Source of the DNA: an uncultured Gammaproteobacteria bacterium
GTDB lineage: Bacteria > Patescibacteriota > Microgenomatia > JAMCZE01
Length of the DNA stretch: 64,000 nucleotides
Direction: 5' to 3'
Assembly (NCBI GenBank): GCA_964641255.1
Contig: CAZXMM010000001.1
Coordinates: forward strand, 537,984 to 601,983
Of the stretch, positions 34,645 to 44,481 are shown piece by piece. The notes beneath the pieces were generated by a model. It ran no database searches. It was not told where the DNA came from and saw only the letters and a list, made by a program, of their open reading frames with translations. The translations under genes and the position numbers were made by a program. Numbering within the stretch: the stretch's first letter is position 1; each line of letters starts with the position of its first letter.

Positions 34645-35796
34645 GTGATTATAGCTCATTGTATGAAATTATTCAAAGTGATTTTATTTTTCGCCCTGCT
34701 GCTTTGGGCTAGCCCACCAGTGTCGGCTATCTACGAGCCTACTTCTGTTGCCAACAATAGGTACGGCATCCACGTCTTTGACCCAAATGAACTGGATAAA
34801 GCTTCCCAGCTGGTTAATACCAGTGGGGGTGAGTGGGGTTACATCACCGTTCCAATTCGCGCCAATGAGCGCGATCTTGAGAAGTGGACTAAATTTATGG
34901 AGGAGGCTCGTAAAAAGAAAGTAATTCCCATCCTGCGAATAGCTTCATTTCCAGTAGGTGACCACTGGATGGCCCCCAATGAGTGGGATTTAGTAGATTT
35001 TGCTAACTTTCTAAATGAATTGCCTTGGCCCACTAAAAACCGCTATGTCATCGTTTACAACGAGCCTAATCACACTAATGAATGGGGGGGATTTGTATAC
35101 CCAGAAGAATACGCTAGAGTCCTAGCCCGAGCGGTAGATATCTTCCACCAAAAGCACCCAGACTTTTTTGTTATTTCGGGAGGTATGGACGCTTCTGCTC
35201 CCAATGGAGTTTCAACGATGGATCAATACGACTATATGAGGCGGATGAATGAAGTAGTTCCAGGAATTTTTACCAAAATTGACGGCTTCTCAGCTCATGC
35301 TTACGGCAACCCGGCTTTTAGTGCGGCTCCCAATACCACCAGCAAAGTTAATGTGGCGAGTTATCGCTTTGATGAGAAGTTTCTTGATGACTTAGGCGCT
35401 CCTAACCAGCGGCTATTTCTTACCGAGGTTGGGTGGAACGCAAGTGACATTGGAGATGACCAAACTGCCAAATACTACCACGAGGCTTTTACCAAGATCT
35501 GGACGGAAGATAATATCGTCGCTATTACTCCCTTTGTTCTTGAAGCTCACGACGGGCCGTTTAAAGGCTTTAGCTTTGTGAGAGAGGGCGGAGGCTGGAA
35601 AGTATTTGCTAAAACGCTGCAGGCACTTCCTAAAGTAGCTGGTAAGCCTTATCTCACAAAGGAAACTTCTAATGCCAATGCTAATATCCCAACTAGGGTA
35701 GTTAGTAAAGGAAAGTCAGCCTTTACCGATCTTACCTATTCGCTTTCGGAAATGCTTGCCAAAGTAACGGCATTTCTTGGTATAGTGAGTAACTAA
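34645..35796 (+). CDS. Secreted glycoside hydrolase, GH5-like
   Basis: Signal peptide, then IVYNEPNH (the NEP acid/base motif) and LFLTEVGWN (the TE-x-G nucleophile motif). Confidence 0.6.
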   Translation: MIIAHCMKLFKVILFFALLLWASPPVSAIYEPTSVANNRYGIHVFDPNELDKASQLVNTSGGEWGYITVPIRANERDLEKWTKFMEEARKKKVIPILRIASFPVGDHWMAPNEWDLVDFANFLNELPWPTKNRYVIVYNEPNHTNEWGGFVYPEEYARVLARAVDIFHQKHPDFFVISGGMDASAPNGVSTMDQYDYMRRMNEVVPGIFTKIDGFSAHAYGNPAFSAAPNTTSKVNVASYRFDEKFLDDLGAPNQRLFLTEVGWNASDIGDDQTAKYYHEAFTKIWTEDNIVAITPFVLEAHDGPFKGFSFVREGGGWKVFAKTLQALPKVAGKPYLTKETSNANANIPTRVVSKGKSAFTDLTYSLSEMLAKVTAFLGIVSN

Positions 35797-35799
35797 ACT

Positions 35800-36189
35800 A
35801 TGAAGTGGGTTAATGCTCCTGATGTCAAAAAGCGACTCATTTTTCTCCTGGATTTTTTGGAGATGCCCCACGTTTTAGGCCACCGCTTGATTGCCTTTCG
35901 CAGTTACGGTTCGACTGGGCGGGCCATTGCAAGGATTTGGTCACTACCTACCGTGTGGCAACAAGCACTTAAGGTTAAGCCCCACTATGTTATTGAAGTT
36001 ATTGCCGAGCGTTTTGACCGTTTGTCTGAGGAAGATCGGGACCGGACACTAATTCATGAGCTGATGCACATTCCCAAGACCTTTTCAGGGGCCCTAGTCC
36101 CCCACCGGGGCCGGGGACACGGTATTAACCATAAAACGGTAGAGCGGAAATACCAGGACTATTTAACCCAGAAAGGGCGACCGGTATGA
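35800..36189 (+). CDS. Putative zinc metallopeptidase with HExxH
   Basis: HELMHI motif in a 129-aa protein, with a downstream H...H. Family not assigned. Confidence 0.4.
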   Translation: MKWVNAPDVKKRLIFLLDFLEMPHVLGHRLIAFRSYGSTGRAIARIWSLPTVWQQALKVKPHYVIEVIAERFDRLSEEDRDRTLIHELMHIPKTFSGALVPHRGRGHGINHKTVERKYQDYLTQKGRPV

Positions 36190-36878
36190 CTCTCTTATTA
36201 TTTGGCGAGAACGAAGTAGCTATCAATCGGCGCAAAGCCGAAATTAAGGCTGAATTTAAGGCCGAGCAGATTTGGGAATTTGCTGGCAAGAGTGTGACCC
36301 CGGAAGACGTAGCTCAGGCACTGGGGGGGCAGTCTCTTTTTGGCACCGAGCCAAAACTGGTCATTATTGACGGACCGCTTGGTAACAAAGCTCTACTAGA
36401 GAGCCTTTTTGTCCCGGCAGCTGAGACTACCTTACTAATTCTCGAAAACAAAAAATTAACCGCCACCCAAATTGCCAGTCTTAAAAGCGTCCTTTCCGAC
36501 CTGTCGCTAGTTGAGTACAAGCTGGATAGCGCTATCTTTAAGTTCGTTGACAGCCTGGCACCAGGAAGCCGAGAAGCAGTATCGATCCTTAAAAACGAGC
36601 TGGCAGACGAAGTGCCGGAAGTGATTTTTGTCATGCTGGTTAGACAGTTTCGCTATCTCTTGCTGGCTAAAGAACGAGTAAGTAGTGGACCGGAGGACTA
36701 CCAACGACTAGCTCCCTGGCAAAAACAAAAGCTACAGTCACAAGCGATGCACTTTAAATTGGAAGTACTTAAGGACTTATACCAAAAACTCCTACTGATT
36801 GATTTACAGACTAAATCCGGCCAGTTTCCCGGGACGCTAAAGGACGCGTTAGAGACTTTTCTGCTTCTGCTACAATAA
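36186..36878 (+). CDS. holA: Putative DNA polymerase III delta subunit
   Basis: LLLFGENEVAINRRK...SLFGTEPKLVII matches the delta-subunit N-terminal pattern. Size and context are consistent. Low confidence. Confidence 0.4.
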   Translation: MTLLLFGENEVAINRRKAEIKAEFKAEQIWEFAGKSVTPEDVAQALGGQSLFGTEPKLVIIDGPLGNKALLESLFVPAAETTLLILENKKLTATQIASLKSVLSDLSLVEYKLDSAIFKFVDSLAPGSREAVSILKNELADEVPEVIFVMLVRQFRYLLLAKERVSSGPEDYQRLAPWQKQKLQSQAMHFKLEVLKDLYQKLLLIDLQTKSGQFPGTLKDALETFLLLLQ

Positions 36879-36882
36879 CTAC

Positions 36883-39048
36883 ATGCACCCAAGACTGCTC
36901 ACTTGGTTTAATGATCCAATAGATGAAGGAGAAGGAGGTTTAGAAGATAGCAGAGCCTCCCGACTTACTAGTCTTAGTGAACTGGGTATTCCAGTTATAC
37001 CCGGCTTTATTATTACCCCGGCAGCCAGAGACTATTTTTTCCAAGAATCGGGCATAGGTCTGAAAATTAGTCAGCAGCATAGCGCACTAAATATTCTTGA
37101 CCCCCTAGCTTTACTGGACTGCGCTAATGATTTGCAGCGCTTGATAGTAAAAGCCGAAATACCCCACGATTTGGCTCTGAGTACTTTTCAGTTTTATGAG
37201 GAGTTAAGCCGAAAGGTCAGTCCCAAAAAGCGGCGATTCTGGCCCAAAAATGGCCCCTCTTCGCCTACTTTGGTGGTAAGCGGTCACGGCGGCCGCCAAG
37301 AGCCTCTAACGGGAGAGGCAAATCTGCTTGAGCTTATGAAGCAGCAGTGGGCTTTGGATTTTACTCCCGAGAAACTCTACCACCGGTTAATGCCACGCGC
37401 TACTCCCTTGATAGTCGAGCTGGATTTAGCTATGGCCAGGGTGGGAAAGATTTATTCCCAGGATCCACTGACTTTAGCTAAAAACCTTTTGGTGATTGAA
37501 CTTGCCAGCGAGCGGATAGTAATTAACAAAGAGTCTCAGGCTATTTTGTCCCCAATTGGCAGTAAAAGTCTCTCACTAGAACAAATTACTCAGCTGACTA
37601 AACTGGAAAAGCAGTTGGCCCGGCATTTTTATTTTCCGCACATTAGTCAGTTCGTTCTAAGTAGTAGTGGCCCGCAATTTTTTGATATTAAGCCGCTGCC
37701 CCCAAAGCTTACGGACCTGCCCCCTAGAGCCAAAAAATTCGTACCCGTAGCTGCTAGTGGCACAACGATTGTGGAAGGGCTACCGGCCAGTCCGGGGTTA
37801 CACACTGGCCCGGTGCTAATCTTAAAAAATCCGCACGAGCTCCATAAAGCTCGGGTTGGGACAGTGCTAGTTCTGAACCACCCCTCGGAGCTATTTGCCG
37901 GAGCGATTAAAAAGGCGGGGGCCCTCATCCTTGGGAGATTAGACCACAATGCTTACGGAGTAGCCCTCTGTCAAAAACTAGGGATTCCGTGCGTGCTTCT
38001 TAGTCCGCCAGACCTAGAATTACTACCCAGTGGTTTGGTAGTTACGGTGGATGGAACTGCTGGGGTAGTGACGCGAGATCAGTCTTTGGCCCGCACTTCC
38101 CGGCCCCAATTTTCCCCGTCTCCCGTTACCCCAAAGCAGGTAAGTAGTAGCTTTGCTACGGCCACTAAGCTTTACCTGGACTGGGCCAGGGCTAGTGACC
38201 CTGATCCAAAGCTCGTTGGCAGCGTTGATGGAGTTGGGATACTACGTCTTGAGGATTTAATTGTCAGCTTGGGCACTCACCCCAAAAAGGTTCTAGCTGA
38301 TCGGACACAAAAAGTATTCATCGAGGCCCTGGCTAACCAATTAGCGACTATTGCACAGCTCTTTTACCCAAAACCGGTTATCTGTCGTCTGTCAGATTTC
38401 CAAACTGCCAATTTTTTGCAGCTAACCGCCGGTGATAGGTACGAACCGAGGGAAAGTAGTAGTTTACTAGGTTTTCGGGGAGTTGGACGCCATTTGGTGC
38501 AAGCGGCAGTTTTACAGCTCGAGGTAGCGGCTATTCTTCAGGTGCGCCAAAAATTAGGGCGAAAGAATTTATCAGTGATGGTGCCGCTTTGCCGCACCCC
38601 AACTGAACTGGAAGAACTAAAAAAACTTTTCGGGCTGTGGGGACTTTACCAAAGTCCGACACTGAAACTCTGGTGGTCGTGCGAAACTCCAGCCAACTTG
38701 TGGCAACTTAGTCAGTTTATCGCTTTGGGTCTTGACGGTGTGGCTTTTAATGCCGACTCACTAAGTCAACTGCTACTGGGAGTAGATAAAACTAACTTAA
38801 ATGTCCAAGGTTACTTAACAGAGGTTACCGCTGTTTTAGGAGAAAGTCTTACCGAAGGCACTAAAGCCTGTCATAGAGGGAAAGTTGCCAGTGCTATTTA
38901 TCACTTGCCCACCAAGGCAGGAGGAGAGGATTTGCTAAGGGAGCTAATTTGGGCCGGGATTAGCGCTCTATGTGTTTCCGCCGAGCAAGTCGTTCGGACC
39001 CGGGAGCTGATCGCTTTGTCCGAGCACCAACTAGGGACGAAGGAGTAG
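36883..39048 (+). CDS. PEP-utilising enzyme family protein (PEP synthase / pyruvate phosphate dikinase-like)
   Basis: The N-terminal PEP/pyruvate-binding domain is LSELGIPVIPGFIITPAARDYF. The central mobile-domain-like region is ILGRLDHNAYGVALCQKLGIPCV. The C-terminal TIM-barrel region includes GILRLEDL. The canonical GGRTSHAAI phosphohistidine motif is not conserved. Confidence 0.55.
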   Translation: MHPRLLTWFNDPIDEGEGGLEDSRASRLTSLSELGIPVIPGFIITPAARDYFFQESGIGLKISQQHSALNILDPLALLDCANDLQRLIVKAEIPHDLALSTFQFYEELSRKVSPKKRRFWPKNGPSSPTLVVSGHGGRQEPLTGEANLLELMKQQWALDFTPEKLYHRLMPRATPLIVELDLAMARVGKIYSQDPLTLAKNLLVIELASERIVINKESQAILSPIGSKSLSLEQITQLTKLEKQLARHFYFPHISQFVLSSSGPQFFDIKPLPPKLTDLPPRAKKFVPVAASGTTIVEGLPASPGLHTGPVLILKNPHELHKARVGTVLVLNHPSELFAGAIKKAGALILGRLDHNAYGVALCQKLGIPCVLLSPPDLELLPSGLVVTVDGTAGVVTRDQSLARTSRPQFSPSPVTPKQVSSSFATATKLYLDWARASDPDPKLVGSVDGVGILRLEDLIVSLGTHPKKVLADRTQKVFIEALANQLATIAQLFYPKPVICRLSDFQTANFLQLTAGDRYEPRESSSLLGFRGVGRHLVQAAVLQLEVAAILQVRQKLGRKNLSVMVPLCRTPTELEELKKLFGLWGLYQSPTLKLWWSCETPANLWQLSQFIALGLDGVAFNADSLSQLLLGVDKTNLNVQGYLTEVTAVLGESLTEGTKACHRGKVASAIYHLPTKAGGEDLLRELIWAGISALCVSAEQVVRTRELIALSEHQLGTKE

Positions 39049-39699
39049 GACAAATTCCCCGCGGGGTTTTGTAAACTGAGTTAGAGCTTGTGTTAGACTT
39101 CCACTCCAGATCTCTTCGTGAATTTTCGTTAGTTCCCGAGTCAGAACTACCGGGCGGTCGCCCAAAACGCTGTGTAAAGTAGTTAAATTCTTAAGCAGTT
39201 TGTAGGGAGAGACCAAAAATATTACAGTGCTTGGCCAAATTTCCCAGTAGTCGCTGATTTTACTAGCTAATTGGATTAAATGGCTTTCTCGCTCTGGTGG
39301 GTAACCTAGATAAAGAAACTTATCTGGTGGCAAACCACTGACACTAAGAGCCGCAATAACGGAACAGGGTCCCGGGACGGTGTCTACTCTGACTCCCGTT
39401 CTTACAGCTTCTCGGACCAGTTTGAAGCCGGGGTCAGAAATAAGTGGGGTGCCGGCATCACTGACCAAAGCAATTTTTTGGTCACTGCTAATAAGTGCTA
39501 GGAGGTCAGCAAGTTTTTGCTCCTCGACCTCATCGTAGTAGGAAATAAGGGGTTTATGGGGAATGGCAAAATGTTTTAGCAAAAGGCCAGTGTGTCTGGT
39601 GTCTTCACACAAAATGACGTCAGCCTCCCTTAGAATCCGCAGAGCTCTAAGAGTTATATCCTCAAGATTTCCGATTGGGGTTGAGACCAGGTAGAGCAT
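39031..39699 (-). CDS. rsmI: 16S rRNA (cytidine1402-2'-O)-methyltransferase
   Basis: MLYLVSTPIGNLEDITLRALRILREADVILCEDTRHTGLLLKHF is the tetrapyrrole methylase-fold RsmI signature. Confidence 0.85.
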   Translation of the reverse strand: MLYLVSTPIGNLEDITLRALRILREADVILCEDTRHTGLLLKHFAIPHKPLISYYDEVEEQKLADLLALISSDQKIALVSDAGTPLISDPGFKLVREAVRTGVRVDTVPGPCSVIAALSVSGLPPDKFLYLGYPPERESHLIQLASKISDYWEIWPSTVIFLVSPYKLLKNLTTLHSVLGDRPVVLTRELTKIHEEIWSGSLTQALTQFTKPRGEFVLLLRP

Positions 39700-40351
39700 A
39701 GGCTAGATCGCGCACCATATGCAGTAGTTTGGTTCGTGAGTCCCTATCTTTAAGAACGTGGACCACGGTAGGTAGGACTGAAAGACCAATGACCGCAATG
39801 ACAATTAACAGAAAGTAATTATCGACCTGCTTAGGGGTAAATTTATCTCTGAGCCAAGTCCCAATGGCGTAGCCCACTAGGGGCATACCAACTCCCCAAC
39901 CGAGTCCTCCGATGAGGTTGTAGATGAAAAATTTGCGGTAATCCATTCGCGCCGCCCCTGCTACAATGGGGGCAAAGGTGCGGACAAAAGGCATAAAGCG
40001 CGCCAAAATGATAGTTTTACCACCATGCTTATTGTAAAAAGCTTGAGCTTTTTCCAGGTGGCTTTTTTTAAACAGTCTTGATTCCTCTCGATTAAAAAGC
40101 TTGCTGCCGGTTTTCCTGCCGAACCAGTAACCAACTGTATCTCCCAAAATAGCTGCTCCAGCACAACCCGCAATTAGGGTGACCAAATCTAAGCTGCCCC
40201 GCGAAGCGAACAGCCCAGCGGTAAGTAGCAAACTATCTCCTGGAAGAAAAAAGCCAAACAACAGGCCCGACTCGGCAAAAACAATGGCAAAAATTCCCAG
40301 CAGTCCAAAAGTGCTGATCAAAAAATCCGGACTTAGAAAGTCTAAGTGCAT
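39662..40351 (-). CDS. DedA/TVP38 family membrane protein
   Basis: GFFLPGDSLLLTAGLFAS is the DedA motif. Confidence 0.8.
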   Translation of the reverse strand: MHLDFLSPDFLISTFGLLGIFAIVFAESGLLFGFFLPGDSLLLTAGLFASRGSLDLVTLIAGCAGAAILGDTVGYWFGRKTGSKLFNREESRLFKKSHLEKAQAFYNKHGGKTIILARFMPFVRTFAPIVAGAARMDYRKFFIYNLIGGLGWGVGMPLVGYAIGTWLRDKFTPKQVDNYFLLIVIAVIGLSVLPTVVHVLKDRDSRTKLLHMVRDLAYALPGLNPNRKS

Positions 40352-40392
40352 GAGAGTGAGTATAACAAGAATTTTTATGATTAACTAGTAAT

Positions 40393-41249
40393 ATGTCGCA
40401 TCTTAAGCCCGAATCAGAGTTTGTAAGCCAAAGCATAGAGAAGCAGCTAATTGTGACTAGTTTTGGCGAAACTGCCTATACTAGTTCTGGTAAGGGACAA
40501 ACGACTATCATCGAGCTGCCCGGTTGGCCAGTCACTGGCGATGTTTTTGCTCCGGCCAATCGGGTACTGGCAAGGAAGGCGCGGACGCTCGCGCTGGATC
40601 TACCAGGTATCGGACGTAGTACGCCGTTAAGAGCAGATGTCGCTTGTAATTTTACGGTCCTGGGGCAGTGGCTACTGGAATTTATGAACGCCCAAGGAAT
40701 TGACAAAGCCTCGTTTGCGGGTACTTCTTTTGGCGCCGCCCTTAGTATCCATTTTGGACTACAGCATCCAGAGCGGGTCGATAAGATTGTAGCCACTGCT
40801 CCGCCAATTCGCTTTGGGGACGAAGTAAACGCCTTTCAAAGATTCATCTTGGACTTAACCCAACAACACCCTGCTTTAAGTCATTTAATCATTGACCAGG
40901 CACTAAAGTCTAATCGCCTAATTTACTTTTTTTAGGCTGGACTTTACCTGATTTGACTAACCCTTTTGAACGGCGGGTGCAGCAGGAGGTACAACGCTCG
41001 GATCTAAATGCTATTCAAAAAATTTTCAATCTGTTTGCCAGTGATGATTTGACCCAAAAGATCAAGCACATTCAAGTCCCCTTAGAGATCATGGTTGGAA
41101 CAAAGGACCCTCGTTTTTTGCACCAAGCTCAGCTAATCGCAAAGAGCGGTATACCCATAGAATTTATCCCGGGGGTCACCCATGAATTTGTGTTTTTTGA
41201 AGCCGAGTATTGGGCCCTGAAGATTCTGCGCAAACTTAATTTAGTCTAG
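40393..41249 (+). pseudogene. Alpha/beta hydrolase split into two ORFs (40393..40935 and 40953..41249) by a frameshift at a T7 homopolymer
   Basis: The N-terminal part has the nucleophile elbow GTSFG. The C-terminal part has the catalytic His (GVTHEF). Adding one T to the T7 run at 40927-40933 fuses the frames to read ...RLIYFFLGWTLPDLTNPFERR... Confidence 0.55.
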
Positions 41250-41259
41250 TCCAAGCTTC

Positions 41260-41901
41260 CTAAGCTTGGTATTTGCGAATTAGGGCAACCATTTTGCCTT
41301 GGATGTGAACATCAGTAGCATAAATTGGCTTCATAGTGGAATTAGCCGGCATCAGTTTTATCTGGCCGTTTTCCCGGTAAAAGCGCTTCAGAGTAGCTAG
41401 GCCGTTATCAAGAAGTGCCACCACCACGTCACCTTCTTTGATAGCTGTTTCGACTTCTTTGATGAGTACCACGTAGTCGTCCTCAAAAATTCCGTCTTCA
41501 ATCATAGAATTGCCCTTTACTTTAAGAACAAAAGCCGTCTTATTTTGGGGTACTAAATTAGCCGCGACTTTAAAGGTGGCGGTGGGGTCGTCATAGGCCA
41601 TGAGGGGTTGGCCGGCGTGGATATAACCTAGGAGGGGCAGTTCCATTCCAAGTACTGGTTCGGAGTTGACCTCACTGCCTTCAAACTCCTGAATGATGGC
41701 GATCCCTCTCACTTCATTGTCGTTGCGTTTGATTACTCCCTTGCGCTCTAGGATCCGCAAGTGTTCGTGAATAGTAGCTGGAGAGGTCAGTCCCATCGCT
41801 TTGGCGATTTCCATGAGGGTCGGGGAATAACCGTACTTCTTGATGAAGTTTTGGATAAATTCTAAAATTTGGCGTTGCCGTTTATAAAGAACTACTGGCA
41901 T
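41260..41901 (-). CDS. lexA: LexA repressor
   Basis: N-terminal wHTH (ILEFIQNFIKKYGYSPTLMEIAKAMGL). C-terminal S24 peptidase with GNSM (catalytic Ser) and a conserved Lys. Confidence 0.85.
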   Translation of the reverse strand: MPVVLYKRQRQILEFIQNFIKKYGYSPTLMEIAKAMGLTSPATIHEHLRILERKGVIKRNDNEVRGIAIIQEFEGSEVNSEPVLGMELPLLGYIHAGQPLMAYDDPTATFKVAANLVPQNKTAFVLKVKGNSMIEDGIFEDDYVVLIKEVETAIKEGDVVVALLDNGLATLKRFYRENGQIKLMPANSTMKPIYATDVHIQGKMVALIRKYQA

Positions 41902-41904
41902 AAT

Positions 41905-42007
41905 TTTTTTTACGCTATACTAGTCAAGAGACACTCAGACTGCTAAACTTATACATAAGAATAGCGAAATAAATCCGCACGTCAAGCCGAACAATAGCGA
42001 ACATACT
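41905..42007. promoter_or_regulatory. Divergent lexA/uvrB promoter region with CGAACA direct repeats and recurring ATAGCG/CGCTAT motifs. Candidate SOS operator.
   Basis: CGAACAatagCGAACA at 41988-42003. AATAGCGAA occurs at 41960 and 41993. CGCTAT is at 41913. The same ATAGCG...CGTTTCGCTAT motif lies upstream of uvrA at 44376-44401. Confidence 0.3.
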
Positions 42008-44038
42008 ATGTCAAAATTTCAACTGAAATCTGACTATCAGCCCATGGGGGACCAGCCCACTGCCATCAAGGAGTTGGTTGAGGGTGTGGCGGCGGGCAAA
42101 AGTGATCAGGTCCTGCTGGGAACAACAGGTAGCGGCAAAACTTTTACGGTTGCCAATGTTATCCAAGCGGTTCAAAAGCCTACTCTCGTTATAGCGCACA
42201 ATAAGACTTTGGCTGCCCAGCTCTATCAGGAATTTCGGGAGTTTTTCCCCAGTAACGCCGTGTCCTATTTTGTCTCCTACTACGACTACTATCAGCCAGA
42301 GGCCTATATTCCCAGAACTGATACTTATATTGAAAAGACCACTGAAATTAACGAGGAAATTGATAAGTTAAGGCTGCAGGCCACGACCAACCTTTTGACC
42401 CGCCCCGATACCATTGTAGTGGCCTCAGTCTCCTGTATCTATAACATCGGTAATCCGACTGAGTACGCCAAATTTGTCTTGAGTTTGGCTACCGCCCAGC
42501 AGTGGCACTCCCGTGAGGAAATTTTACGGCAGCTCATAGATTTGCATTATGAGCGTAGCCAGTTTGGCTTTGACCGCGGGATGTTTAGAGTTAAAGGAGA
42601 CACAATTGATATTTACCCCTCTTATGAGGATTTTGCCCTGCGCCTAGAACTACAAGATAACAAAATCAGCCAGTTAGTTAAGATTGAGCCGGTGAGTGGG
42701 AAGACCCTAGGCAGTCTTGACAGATTCGTTCTTTATCCTGCCAAGCATTTTATGACTGATCCGGCCTCTCACCGGCAGGCCTTTGCGCAGATTAATCGGG
42801 ATTTAGAACTAAGAGTCAAAGAATTAAAGGCAGCGGGGAAAGAAATGGAGGCCCACCGGCTGAGTCAGCGGGTGAAATATGATCTGGAGATGCTTTCGGA
42901 AGTTGGCTTTGTTAACGGCATCGAAAACTACTCCCGCTATTTTGACGGTCGGGAGCCGGGGGCGGCCCCATATTCGCTACTGGACTACTTTCCTAAGGAC
43001 TACTTGCTAGTCATTGACGAGTCGCACATGACAATTCCTCAGATTAGAGGGATGCATAACGGCGATCGCAGCCGCAAGCAAACTTTGGTTGATTTCGGTT
43101 TTCGACTCCCCGCCGCGCTTGATAACCGGCCCCTGCGTTTTGACGAGTTTTTAAGACGCAAGGGTAGGACAATTTATACCTCAGCTACCCCGGATGAGTG
43201 GGAAAGGGACATGGCAGGTAGGGTAGTAGTCGAACAACTGATTCGCCCCACGGGGATTGTTGACCCGCAGGTAGAAGTTAGGCCGACTGAGGGCCAGGTG
43301 CCCAACTTAATTGCCGAAATTAAAGCGCGGATCAAAAGTAAGCAGCGGGTGCTAGTGACCACCCTGACCAAGAGAATGTCTGAGGAGTTGACCGACTACT
43401 TAAAAGAGGTGACCATTTCTGGCCAGCCCCTTAAAGTCGCCTATTTACATAGTGACGTTGAGACGCTGGAGCGCAGTAGTATTTTAAAAAAGCTGCGGCT
43501 CGGCGAGCACGACGTGCTAGTAGGAATTAATTTACTGCGGGAAGGACTGGATTTGCCAGAAGTGGGGCTAGTGGCCATACTGGATGCGGATAAAGAGGGG
43601 TTTTTAAGATCAGAAGTGTCTCTGCTGCAAACCATGGGGCGGGCGGCCAGGAATACCGATTCCCGGGTGATTCTCTATGCCGATAGTATCACGGGTTCGA
43701 TGCGGCGGGCGATGGATGAGGTGCTAAGACGCAGGAAAATTCAGCTGCAGTGGAATAAAGACCACCATATTACGCCCCAAAATATTACTAAGCCCATTAG
43801 GGATGACGTGATTGAGGGTGGGGATGGTAGCTATAAAAGTAACCGGCAAAAAAGACTTACGGGCCACTACGGGATTTTAATGGATAGTGAAATTGCGGAT
43901 ATTAACCCTGAGGAGTTACTGCCGGAGCAAAAAAGGGAGTTAGCCCGGGTGCTGGAAAAGAGGATGAAGGAAGCGGCCAAAATTTTGGACTTTGAAGGCG
44001 CCACCTTCTACCGCGATTATCTAAAAAAGCTGATTTAG
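42008..44038 (+). CDS. uvrB: Excinuclease ABC subunit B
   Basis: GDQPTAIKELVEGV...GTTGSGKTFT...FVSYYDYYQPEAY. Confidence 0.95.
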   Translation: MSKFQLKSDYQPMGDQPTAIKELVEGVAAGKSDQVLLGTTGSGKTFTVANVIQAVQKPTLVIAHNKTLAAQLYQEFREFFPSNAVSYFVSYYDYYQPEAYIPRTDTYIEKTTEINEEIDKLRLQATTNLLTRPDTIVVASVSCIYNIGNPTEYAKFVLSLATAQQWHSREEILRQLIDLHYERSQFGFDRGMFRVKGDTIDIYPSYEDFALRLELQDNKISQLVKIEPVSGKTLGSLDRFVLYPAKHFMTDPASHRQAFAQINRDLELRVKELKAAGKEMEAHRLSQRVKYDLEMLSEVGFVNGIENYSRYFDGREPGAAPYSLLDYFPKDYLLVIDESHMTIPQIRGMHNGDRSRKQTLVDFGFRLPAALDNRPLRFDEFLRRKGRTIYTSATPDEWERDMAGRVVVEQLIRPTGIVDPQVEVRPTEGQVPNLIAEIKARIKSKQRVLVTTLTKRMSEELTDYLKEVTISGQPLKVAYLHSDVETLERSSILKKLRLGEHDVLVGINLLREGLDLPEVGLVAILDADKEGFLRSEVSLLQTMGRAARNTDSRVILYADSITGSMRRAMDEVLRRRKIQLQWNKDHHITPQNITKPIRDDVIEGGDGSYKSNRQKRLTGHYGILMDSEIADINPEELLPEQKRELARVLEKRMKEAAKILDFEGATFYRDYLKKLI

Positions 44039-44053
44039 TGATATAATTCCTGT

Positions 44054-44338
44054 ATGTATGGAATTAAAAAGGAGTATGAGCCCCCAGTGACAGTTAGTTT
44101 TAAGGATGGCCAACGAATTAAGGTTTCTGGCCTTTGGATAACTAATGGTGGTCAAGACTATTGCGCTATAGATTACAGCGATGATGGAGGCTCACGAGCT
44201 ACGGCTTTAATTTCGTTTCCACTTTATAAAGGCATTTTAACGTTGGCTAGCCAATCCGGAAGTCAGCTTAGACAAACTTTTACAGATATAGATTTTGAAT
44301 CAATGCATAGATTCCAGTCCCCGAAAAATAAGCCGTAG
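44054..44338 (+). CDS. Hypothetical small protein of 94 aa between uvrB and uvrA
   Basis: ORF with no recognisable motif. Co-directional and tightly spaced after uvrB. Confidence 0.3.
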   Translation: MYGIKKEYEPPVTVSFKDGQRIKVSGLWITNGGQDYCAIDYSDDGGSRATALISFPLYKGILTLASQSGSQLRQTFTDIDFESMHRFQSPKNKP

Positions 44339-44481
44339 TAATGTAGTCTCTCAAATCAACAGCTCTACCAAGTAAATAGCGGCTCAGGCACGTTTCGCTA
44401 TGGTACAATTACGCTGGTTCAGTTGGCTGAATCTCGGCTTATGCCGGAGTTTTTCGTGGTTAAGAGGCTACAGGAACATCT

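Noticed and set aside
35800-36189. Assigning the HExxH protein to a specific family (SprT/Wss1-like)
   Set aside because: Only the HELMH motif is recognisable. The family assignment cannot be supported without an HMM search.
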